Source: Ignavibacteria bacterium
Lineage (GTDB): Bacteria; Elusimicrobiota; Endomicrobiia; PHAN01
Assembly: GCA_041694835.1 (NCBI GenBank)
Contig: JBGFRZ010000020.1
Span: forward strand, 1 to 30,954
Reading direction: 5' to 3'
DNA: 30,954 bases
The position numbers and the translations under genes were made by a program. Below the pieces are notes generated by a model, which searched no databases, had not been told where the DNA came from, and was given only the letters and a program-made list of their open reading frames with translations. This document shows positions 8,161-16,423 of the stretch, one piece after another; the first letter of the stretch is position 1, and each line of letters starts with the position of its first letter.

Positions 8161-9348
8161 TCACATATTTTCATAAAGTTTATCAAGCAAAACGAGCATT
8201 CTTTCAATGCTAAAGCGTGGAAAGCCATCAACACTTTCAAAAACAAATTTTTTCGCGTCGGCGCCGATTTTTTTTCTCTGCTCCCTGCGGTTAATCAGTC
8301 GTATTACCGCTTCCGCTAATTTTTCAGAACTTTTCGGCGGCACAAGTAAGCCCGTCTCTTCGTCTTTAATCAAATATGGTATACCTTGAACACTTGTTGC
8401 AACTACCGGTTTTCCGAGCGAGAATGCCTGAACTATAGTTTTTCCCATTCCTTCGTTTAATGACGGTTGGACATATATATCCATTATAGAGAGTAAATCC
8501 ATTACATCATTCCTCATACCGGTAAAAATAATTTTGTCTTTTATCTCCAAACTCTCAACTCTCAACTCTAAACTCTTTCTTTCAGAGCCGTCTCCCACTA
8601 TTAAAAAAGATATTGAGCGATTAAGCGATTTGGTAATTAAGCGAACGGCATCGACAAAATATTTTATTCCCTTGACGGGTTCAAGGCGCGATACTGTGCC
8701 GATTACAATAGCGTCTTCGGGAATATCTAATGAAGTTCGTAATCTGTCCCCGGCACCCTGTCCTCTGTTCGCTGTCATTTCTACGCCGCTGTGAATTACC
8801 GTCCATTGTTTGGGTCTTCCGACACCAAAAGCAAGCGATTCATTTTTTTCTCCTTCTGTTAATGCAACGAGTTGATTCGTAATTTTGGCCGTTACACGCT
8901 CTAAGAGCAGAAAAAACAACGATTTTAATTTTCCATAATATCCATAAAAAATATGTCCGTGCGGAGTGTGGATTATTTTCATAAGTCGTAAGTCGTAAGT
9001 CGTAAGTCGTAAAAACCATGCTGCCCAGCGGCCGATAAAACCGGCTTTAGAAGTGTGGGTGTGGACAATGTCGGGTTTTTCTTTTTTAATTATTTTATAG
9101 ATTTTCCAGAAAGCGATTATATCTTTTACCGGCGATATTTCTCTCACCAGAGAAGGTAGAAGGTAGAAGGTAAAAGGTAAAAGGGGTGTGGTGGATAGAA
9201 GGGTTTTGTCAAAATCTTGACTTAAACCATAAATCAGAACCATCTCGTATTTATTTTCAGCGACTCCCCGGCAGATCAGAAGAACGGTCTCGGCGGAGCC
9301 GCCTTTATCAAGTCGCGTAATTATGTGCATTACCTTTTTTTTATTCAT
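8161..9348 (-). CDS. Glycosyltransferase family 4 (GT-B)
   Basis: HIITRLDKGG, HTHTSKAG, HTPHG, KG, PSLNEGMG..IVQA (Q where the second E of ExxxxxxxE is expected). Start MNKKK at 9348. Confidence 0.92.
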   Translation of the reverse strand: MNKKKVMHIITRLDKGGSAETVLLICRGVAENKYEMVLIYGLSQDFDKTLLSTTPLLPFTFYLLPSLVREISPVKDIIAFWKIYKIIKKEKPDIVHTHTSKAGFIGRWAAWFLRLTTYDLRLMKIIHTPHGHIFYGYYGKLKSLFFLLLERVTAKITNQLVALTEGEKNESLAFGVGRPKQWTVIHSGVEMTANRGQGAGDRLRTSLDIPEDAIVIGTVSRLEPVKGIKYFVDAVRLITKSLNRSISFLIVGDGSERKSLELRVESLEIKDKIIFTGMRNDVMDLLSIMDIYVQPSLNEGMGKTIVQAFSLGKPVVATSVQGIPYLIKDEETGLLVPPKSSEKLAEAVIRLINRREQRKKIGADAKKFVFESVDGFPRFSIERMLVLLDKLYENM

Positions 9349-10183
9349 AATTTTCAGGTTTTTTCGCAACTGCGAGCAGTGAAGAAGAAATGCAGAACTT
9401 TCTTAAAGACAGGTAAAATATCGCCTGAGCGAAAATATAATAAATGAATTTCACAACTGAAACGAAAAGCCCGCCGAGTTTGCCTCCGGTGCCGTATGGG
9501 TCGCCTGATGTTGGTTTTGAGTTTTGTATTGTGTTTTTTTCAAATCTTGCATTTTTTAACAGATTGTTTAGCGCGGCACTGTTTATACCCCATCTGTGTA
9601 CGATGGCGGGTTGAAGTTTCAGTAATTTAAAAAATTTTGTCTGAGCAACTTTCCAAAATATTTTATGATATGAGAAATTGTTTACTCTAAGAAACAGAAC
9701 TCCGCCGGGTTTCAGTATTCTGTAAATCTCATCCAGTTCTGATTTTGGTTCGGGCAGTAAATCCAAAACCCCCCAGAGCGTAACAATGTCGTAAAATTTT
9801 TCAGACAATCCGAGATTTTGAAGCGGTTTCTCATATACTTTTAATCCCAATTTTTCACGGCAGTATGCGATTGCGTTTGGGGAGATTTCTACACCTTCGC
9901 ACCGCCACCCGTTGTCTGCTGCATATTTCATAAAGTAACCGTGGCCGCAACCGATATCAAGCAATAATCCTTTTCGAGGCAATAGTTTGTTTATATTTTT
10001 GAGTCCCTCCGTAAAGAGTATTTTTTTTGAATGCTGATACACATCTTCTTTATTCTCCGACGGTGGAGAGGGATTTAATTCTTGCCTCGGAGCCGCGCTA
10101 AACGCAATGGCGCACCGACGACATTTTAAATAATTTTCGAGTGTCTCCTTTAGATATTCAGAACCGCATATCGGACAATTCAT
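9341..10183 (-). CDS. Class I SAM-dependent methyltransferase with N-terminal Cys cluster
   Basis: CPIC...CRRC, LLDIGCGHG, GVEIS, ILKPGG. Confidence 0.88.
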   Translation of the reverse strand: MNCPICGSEYLKETLENYLKCRRCAIAFSAAPRQELNPSPPSENKEDVYQHSKKILFTEGLKNINKLLPRKGLLLDIGCGHGYFMKYAADNGWRCEGVEISPNAIAYCREKLGLKVYEKPLQNLGLSEKFYDIVTLWGVLDLLPEPKSELDEIYRILKPGGVLFLRVNNFSYHKIFWKVAQTKFFKLLKLQPAIVHRWGINSAALNNLLKNARFEKNTIQNSKPTSGDPYGTGGKLGGLFVSVVKFIYYIFAQAIFYLSLRKFCISSSLLAVAKKPENYE

Positions 10184-10258
10184 AAATAATCACTCAATAC
10201 TATCTCAGCAACGTCAAATTTTATAACAGATGGACACAAATTACGGGAACAAATACTG

Positions 10259-10321
10259 AACCGCAAATTAACGCAAATTTCACAAATTATTTTTTCGTGT
10301 TATTCGTCTAATTCGTGGTTT
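10259..10321. repeat. Imperfect palindrome built from ~9-nt units
   Basis: aaccgcaaattaacgcaaatttcacaaatt ... ttcgtgttattcgtctaattcgtggtt. Confidence 0.6.
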
Positions 10322-10328
10322 ATTCTTT

Positions 10329-10519
10329 GGGTCTTCTCCATTTTTTGTTGTGCGTATAAAAACAAAGTGTTTGAGCGGGTTTAATCAAGTGTGAACACTT
10401 GATTACCTCGCAGTCCCGATTTATCGGGACGAGAATGAGCGAAAATACTTTATTTTTACACATCATAGCGGTATTGCAAAATCTTTACCCAATGTTACAA
10501 CAACATTTGGAGAAGAGCC
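10329..10519. mobile_element. MITE-like structured element, copy 1
   Basis: Terminal IR GGGTCTTCTCC/GGAGAAGAGCC, long imperfect outer stem, two internal hairpins; homologous to 13489-13641. Confidence 0.7.
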
Positions 10520-10530
10520 TATTCTTTTAA

Positions 10531-13476
10531 CTACACTATCTCTGATACTGCTTTCAGGACATCTTCGGGATAAACTTCCGTAAGACATACAGGATTTTTA
10601 CATTTAAATTTATAACAAGGCCTGATACATTTCACATCCGCTTTTCTAACAATCCGGCATCTTTCTTGAGACACATACGGAGTAAATCTATTTACATCTC
10701 CCGGACCAAAAATGCCGACAACTTTTGTTCCGACGGCGGCAGCAAGATGCATCGGCCCGGTATCGTTTGTAATAAGCAATTCCATCCGCTCAAATAGCGC
10801 CGAAAGTTCATTAAATGATAGAATTCCATTCGTAACTATAACATTCCTAAATCCATCTGCAATCTCTTTTGCCGACGGCAATTCGCATTTCTCGCCTGTA
10901 ATAAAAATTTTTGCCTGGTATTTCTCGTTCATAAGTTCTATTAACTTTCTCCAGTGTTTAACAGGCCATCTTCTTGAAGGGCGAAACGCCCATGGATTTA
11001 AACCGATAATTAAGTCATGATTTTCAATTTGACTTTTGGAAAGATATTCATTGATATTGTTCCGGTCTTTGTCTGCTACCGTCCATGTTATGTGCAGAAC
11101 TTCCGGTTTTGTCTCTATGCCAAGTGCTGATATAAGTTTTGCCGTCAGTTCTACTTCGGAATTTTTTTCATATCGTTCTTCTTTTATCGGGATATCATAA
11201 AAAGACCCAAAATTTGAAATATTGCGTCCGATAGTAATTTTTGCGTTTAATAATTTGCAAAGCAAAAACATTTTTAAGAGTCCGCCGAATGTTCCAATCG
11301 CGCGCAAATTTATTAATACATCGAATTTTTTATTGTTCAACATTTTTATTGTCTTTAATAACTGGGGAATTGAACCTGCGGATATATGTCGATATTGCAG
11401 CGGAAGGATGGAAAATTCGTCTATTTCTGAAAAGTTCTTTGCTAATTCCAATGAACGTGGGATGGTTAATAATTCTATATAAGCGTTCGGATAATGGTCC
11501 CGCAGTAACTTTATTATCGGCGACATCATTGAAATATCGCCTAATCCTCCCAAATTCATAACAAGTATTTTTTTTGCATGTATCTTGGGTTTCTTTATTC
11601 CCCTGCATTTTTCTTTGATTAGTGGTAATTCAATCTGGCAAAGTTCTCGCCATTTATCAAAAACCAACAACGACCAGAGTTGGTCGGAAAAATTTCTTTT
11701 TCCGGCAATATGTTCAGCCCACATTTTTTCTATAAACTCATATCGCAGATAATCTCCATATTCTTTTTTTCTGATAAATTCTTCCATATAACTTTTAAGT
11801 TCGTCTCTGAGCCATCTTGCAAGCGGCACCATAAAATCCATTTTTTTCTGTTCAATGATTTCAGACGGCAAATGCTTGCTCAGAGTTTTCCTGATTAAAT
11901 ACTTTAAAGTAAGCCCTTTCATTTTTAACGATGGCGGAATTGACGCCGCAAATTCTACAACCCTATGGTCGCAAAACGGCACGCGCAATTCAAGTGAGTT
12001 TAACATACTCATTCTGTCCGCCATACAAAGCAGGTCGTCGCACAAGTATGTGTTTATATCAACAAACATAATTTGATTTAACAATTCACCAGAAGAAGAC
12101 AAGTTAAAGTAATGTTCGTGTGGCTGAACGCTTTTTTGACGAGCAAGAAAGGCGCGAAATTCGTTGGTATAAAAATTTAATTTATCATCTTTAGCAATAT
12201 AAGACACAAACGAAAGATACCTATTCGGAGTTGAAAATTTTAATCCGCTCAAAAATCGCTTAAATCTCCCTAACGAATTATCAGCCGTATAACTCTCGGG
12301 AATAAGTTCAATAATATTTCGCGGAATATTCAGAGTCGGCAGAACTGACGCGATTTTCATTCCCAAGTATCTCGGATAGCCGCAGAAGAGTTTGTCGCCC
12401 CCTATACCGGTTAGTGCAACTGTGTAATTCTCTCTTGCTGCCTTTGATACGAGATATGTCGGAATCGCGGACGAGTCAGCAAACGGCTGAGAAAAGCCCG
12501 AAATAATTTCTGATAGAAGTTGGGTGGAATCCGGCGAGGCAACAAATTCTTTATGGTTTGTTTTTAAGCGTTCCGATATAATTCGCGCTTTGCCAAATTC
12601 GTTATATGAAACGTCTCTCTCTGAATATCCGAGAGTAAAACTATTTATAGTTGCAATTTTAGATGCGAATGTAGTTACTGTGCTGGAATCAAGACCACCG
12701 GATAAAAAGACCGCCAAGGGCACATCGCTGATTAAATGCTGTTTGATTGTTTCTTTCAGTAATTCTTCCAATCGCTCGATATAGAAATTTTCTTTCTCGG
12801 TTCGCTCGGAATTAAATTTTAAATTCCAGTATTTTTTTAACTCGACTTTATTATCTTTACAGACAAGATAATGAGCCGGCGGTAAATGAAAAATATTTTT
12901 ATAAATTGTTTCTGGCTGCGGGATATATAGAAAAGTAAAGTAGTTGTCAATCGCGGTTAAATTTAACTCTTGTGAAATTTCCTGTTCAAGCAGAATCGCT
13001 CTTATTTCAGACGCAAAAACAATGTTCCCTGAAGAAGGATTTGCATAAAACAGCGGTTTAATTCCAAGACGGTCGCGCGCAAGGAACAACAGAGATTTTT
13101 TACTGTCCCATAAAGCAATCGCAAACATGCCACAAAGATATTTAAGAAAATCTTCCCCGTATTCTTCATATAGATGAACGATAATTTCCGTATCAGTTCT
13201 GGTATAGAATTTATGATTTTTTGATTCGAGTTGCTGTCGAAGTTGTATGTGATTGTAAATTTCACCGTTGAACACAACCACAACTGTTCTATCTTCGTTG
13301 TATATCGGCTGGTCGCCTGTCAAAATATCAATGACTTTTAACCGCCTAACGCCCAAACTTATGTTTTCATCGGTATAATATCCTCCGGAATCCGGACCGC
13401 GATGCGTCAGCGCCGATGTCATTTTGTACAACAACTCGGTATTTTTTTTATTCGTAAACCCGCAAATTCCGCACAT
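10531..13476 (-). CDS. asnB: Asparagine synthase-like glutamine amidotransferase fused to a GT9 (heptosyltransferase-like) domain
   Basis: MCGICG, HRGPD, FNGEIYN, RDRLGIKPL, LSGGLDS; C-terminal ~350 aa with ILVMNLGGLGD, RRWP, TNDTGPMHLAAA, GIFGP, CxxPC. Confidence 0.9.
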   Translation of the reverse strand: MCGICGFTNKKNTELLYKMTSALTHRGPDSGGYYTDENISLGVRRLKVIDILTGDQPIYNEDRTVVVVFNGEIYNHIQLRQQLESKNHKFYTRTDTEIIVHLYEEYGEDFLKYLCGMFAIALWDSKKSLLFLARDRLGIKPLFYANPSSGNIVFASEIRAILLEQEISQELNLTAIDNYFTFLYIPQPETIYKNIFHLPPAHYLVCKDNKVELKKYWNLKFNSERTEKENFYIERLEELLKETIKQHLISDVPLAVFLSGGLDSSTVTTFASKIATINSFTLGYSERDVSYNEFGKARIISERLKTNHKEFVASPDSTQLLSEIISGFSQPFADSSAIPTYLVSKAARENYTVALTGIGGDKLFCGYPRYLGMKIASVLPTLNIPRNIIELIPESYTADNSLGRFKRFLSGLKFSTPNRYLSFVSYIAKDDKLNFYTNEFRAFLARQKSVQPHEHYFNLSSSGELLNQIMFVDINTYLCDDLLCMADRMSMLNSLELRVPFCDHRVVEFAASIPPSLKMKGLTLKYLIRKTLSKHLPSEIIEQKKMDFMVPLARWLRDELKSYMEEFIRKKEYGDYLRYEFIEKMWAEHIAGKRNFSDQLWSLLVFDKWRELCQIELPLIKEKCRGIKKPKIHAKKILVMNLGGLGDISMMSPIIKLLRDHYPNAYIELLTIPRSLELAKNFSEIDEFSILPLQYRHISAGSIPQLLKTIKMLNNKKFDVLINLRAIGTFGGLLKMFLLCKLLNAKITIGRNISNFGSFYDIPIKEERYEKNSEVELTAKLISALGIETKPEVLHITWTVADKDRNNINEYLSKSQIENHDLIIGLNPWAFRPSRRWPVKHWRKLIELMNEKYQAKIFITGEKCELPSAKEIADGFRNVIVTNGILSFNELSALFERMELLITNDTGPMHLAAAVGTKVVGIFGPGDVNRFTPYVSQERCRIVRKADVKCIRPCYKFKCKNPVCLTEVYPEDVLKAVSEIV

Positions 13477-13488
13477 AAGTTTATTTTT

Positions 13489-13641
13489 GGCTCTTCTCTA
13501 TTTTTTGTTATGCGTATAAAAAACAAAGTATTTGAGCGGGTTTAAGTCCGAAGGACTTACCTCGCAGTCCCCCGATGTTACATCGGGGGGCGAGAATGAG
13601 CGAAAATACTTTGTTTTTTACAACAACATTTGGAAAAGACC
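13489..13641. mobile_element. MITE-like structured element, copy 2
   Basis: GGCTCTTCTC...GGAAAAGACC ends, AAAAAACAAAGTATTT/AAATACTTTGTTTTTT stem, two internal hairpins. Confidence 0.7.
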
Positions 13642-13642
13642 A

Positions 13643-14161
13643 TTATTTCTTTAACTCCGTATAAACATTCAAAGCCGGAAAAATTCTTAACGGACTTTGT
13701 TCATAGACATTCGGCAATAAATTAAACAATGGCTCCAAAACCCAATTCCAGATTGATAACCGTTTCCCAAAAATAAGTTTCGCTTTGCAAGAGGAAAATT
13801 TGAAATCAAAACATCCGCAGTCACGGGCATAATAAAAAAACGTGTTATACCCAAAAAAATGTTTATGCGTCGGGTCGGTATATGCCAACTGCCATGTAAA
13901 ATGCGGAACGGTAATTTTTGCCATACTTCCTTTTTTTAATATCCTATAAATCTCTTTCATCGCGCGGTTGCAATCTTCCAAATGCTCCAAAACATTATTC
14001 ATTATGATTTCGTCAACGGAATCGTTTTCAAAAGGCCATGGCTCTTTGTTCAAATCCCAAATGATGTTTATTTCAGGCGACTTCGGATTTTTGTCAACGT
14101 TGATATATCCTTCCAACGGTCTGGCGCCAGAGCCAAGATTTAGTTTTACTGAACTATGCAT
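13643..14161 (-). CDS. Small SAM-dependent methyltransferase (Methyltransf_11-like)
   Basis: LNLGSG, GYINVD, WDLN..PWPF, VLEHL, EIYRILK, DPTH. Confidence 0.88.
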   Translation of the reverse strand: MHSSVKLNLGSGARPLEGYINVDKNPKSPEINIIWDLNKEPWPFENDSVDEIIMNNVLEHLEDCNRAMKEIYRILKKGSMAKITVPHFTWQLAYTDPTHKHFFGYNTFFYYARDCGCFDFKFSSCKAKLIFGKRLSIWNWVLEPLFNLLPNVYEQSPLRIFPALNVYTELKK

Positions 14162-14172
14162 TTTTATTCCTC

Positions 14173-15300
14173 TTATTTTTCAAAACATTCAAACACTTCT
14201 AATAATCTCCCTGTCATTTTTTCAACTGTGTAAAGTTTGACTCTCTCAAATCCCCTTTGTCTTAATTCGTTTTTCATATTTTCATTTTTAAGCAATTGCT
14301 CAATTTTGTCGGAGATGTCTTTTGTGTCGCAAGGATTAAAATATAGACAAGCATCGCCAAGAATTTCGGGCATTGAAGAAGTATTTGAACTTACTACCGG
14401 ACAACCACAAGCCATCGCTTCAAGCGGCGGCAGACCGAAACCTTCGTATAACGACGGAAAAATAAAAACGGCGGCACCGCTGTATAATGTGGGTAAATCA
14501 TTATCGGAAATAAAGGGGAGAGGGTAGACGGTAGAAGGTAGATGGCCAGAAACAAAATTTATTGGTTGAGAGTTGAAAAAACTGCCAACGCCGGCAAGAA
14601 CTAAAGAGTATTCCTCTTTTATGTCTTCGCTTAAAAAATTATACGCATCTATAAGACGAACAAGATTTTTATGCGGATTTGAATTTCCGACATAGAGCAG
14701 ATATTTATTTTCAATACCATATTTTTTCCTGAGAACGGCGATTTCTTTTTCGGACTTAGGCAAAAATTGTTCAGACACCGAAGGATAAATCACAGAAATT
14801 TTATCGGGTTCTATTTTTAACAAATTCATTATATCTTCTTTGCTTTTATCGCTCAAAGCGACGATTTTTTCGGAGTTCTTCACATATATATCTAGTAACC
14901 ATTTTTTGTAGATTCTACTTTTAAAGCGACTTTTGTATGGCTCTACGAGCAAGTAAGTTAAATCAAAAAACGAAGATATCTTTTTTATTTTTTGATAGAG
15001 CGGAACTTTCGGATATGGTGAATAAAAAATATCAATCTTTTGTTTTTTCAGAGCAGTTCTTAATTGAATCTGTTCCCAACACAACCGGCATTTCTCGTAA
15101 ATGACAACTCTTTTATATCCTTCTAAAACACTATTTGCAGTGTCGGTGTGTTGATTGCCGAAAAGTATAAACTCCCTGTCATGCTCATTATGTCTTGAAC
15201 AACTACAATAACTCAAAAAATCAACTAAAAATCTTCCTATGCCCGTCAATTTATTCTTTTCCAATTCGCGAATATCAATTCCAATTTTCATTTTTTTCAT
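14173..15300 (-). CDS. Glycosyltransferase family 4
   Basis: IGIDIR..TGIGR, YVG...[22 protein letters not shown]. Confidence 0.93.
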   Translation of the reverse strand: MKKMKIGIDIRELEKNKLTGIGRFLVDFLSYCSCSRHNEHDREFILFGNQHTDTANSVLEGYKRVVIYEKCRLCWEQIQLRTALKKQKIDIFYSPYPKVPLYQKIKKISSFFDLTYLLVEPYKSRFKSRIYKKWLLDIYVKNSEKIVALSDKSKEDIMNLLKIEPDKISVIYPSVSEQFLPKSEKEIAVLRKKYGIENKYLLYVGNSNPHKNLVRLIDAYNFLSEDIKEEYSLVLAGVGSFFNSQPINFVSGHLPSTVYPLPFISDNDLPTLYSGAAVFIFPSLYEGFGLPPLEAMACGCPVVSSNTSSMPEILGDACLYFNPCDTKDISDKIEQLLKNENMKNELRQRGFERVKLYTVEKMTGRLLEVFECFEK

Positions 15301-15337
15301 TCCTTATTATTATGGCTGAAAGACAATTCTCGTTTAT

Positions 15338-16423
15338 CTAATGATGTTGTTCCAGTGTCTTTATGTAGAGATTTTCCAAGGCGGATAATTGTTTAGTCAA
15401 AGTAAATAGTGAATTTATCTTTCCCCTTGCGTTTATTTCAATCATAGCCCGTTTTTTTTCGTTAGAAATGATTTCCAAAATAGCATTTGCCAATTTTTCT
15501 TTGACGGGTTCTACAAGGACTCCGTCGATATTATGCTCTATTATTTCTTTAGCGCCTCCCAAATTAGTGGCAATAACTACTTTCCCGCAGGACATCCCCT
15601 CTATGATTGTTCTGCCGAATGGTTCGGGTTCTATCGACGGATTAACAACAACATCGCACAGATTCATCAGTTCTGGCACATCGTATCTAAACCCGGCAAA
15701 AATAACTTTGTCTTTTAACTCTAAACTCTCAACTCTCAACTCTAAACTTTTTCTTTCAGGACCGTCCCCAACAATTAGAAAAACGAATGATTGAGCGATT
15801 GAGCGATTGAGCGATTGAGACAAAATTTTTGCCGCTTCAAGAAATAATTTATGCCCTTTCCATGGTTCAATCCGAGAAAATATTCCTATGACTTTCTTAT
15901 TTTGCACTATATTCAACACTTGATATTGATATTCAATGTCAAGTTTGGGCTTGTATTTTTCGGTATCGACAGAATTGCAGATTTTAACAATTTTATCATT
16001 ATTTTTAAGCCAGAAAAATTTTGATTTTACTGCATCGGAAATAACAATAATTTTTGTCGATAAATTACCAATAAGTTTGTCTTTCCAACCAGCGGATTCA
16101 ATCACTCTAACATGCCATATAAAAGGTATTTTTAACAATTTTGAACAAACCGCCGATAAGAAAGCATACTTTACAGTAGGAGCATTACAATGAATTATTG
16201 CAGGAGTAATTTTATAAATATCAAAAAATAAACTCCAGAAAGGTGTGATTTTGTATGAAATATTTTCTTTTTCAAGCGATCTGGTAAACGAGCACTCATT
16301 TGGAACAAATACAACAGGTTCAAATTTTGTTCTATCAAGATATTTTAAGATAAGTAACAAACTTATTTGACCGCCACCCGGAGGTTCTAATGGCATGTCA
16401 AGATACAAAATTTTTATCTTCAT
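15338..16423 (-). CDS. Glycosyltransferase family 4
   Basis: GGGQ, WHVR, SRIEPWKG, EPFGRTIIEGM. Confidence 0.92.
   Translation of the reverse strand: MKIKILYLDMPLEPPGGGQISLLLILKYLDRTKFEPVVFVPNECSFTRSLEKENISYKITPFWSLFFDIYKITPAIIHCNAPTVKYAFLSAVCSKLLKIPFIWHVRVIESAGWKDKLIGNLSTKIIVISDAVKSKFFWLKNNDKIVKICNSVDTEKYKPKLDIEYQYQVLNIVQNKKVIGIFSRIEPWKGHKLFLEAAKILSQSLNRSIAQSFVFLIVGDGPERKSLELRVESLELKDKVIFAGFRYDVPELMNLCDVVVNPSIEPEPFGRTIIEGMSCGKVVIATNLGGAKEIIEHNIDGVLVEPVKEKLANAILEIISNEKKRAMIEINARGKINSLFTLTKQLSALENLYIKTLEQHH

Noticed and set aside
9335-9342. Homopolymer tract as a phase-variation switch
   Set aside because: A/T runs of about 8 are common in this AT-rich DNA and all frames are intact.
10329-13641. 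Integron attC sites flanking a cassette
   Set aside because: The ends read GTT...AAC rather than RYYYAAC...GTTRRRY, and no integrase is present.
8521-15820. DGR template/variable repeat pair between the two GT4 segments
   Set aside because: Differences are not adenine-specific, both copies are coding, and no reverse transcriptase is present.
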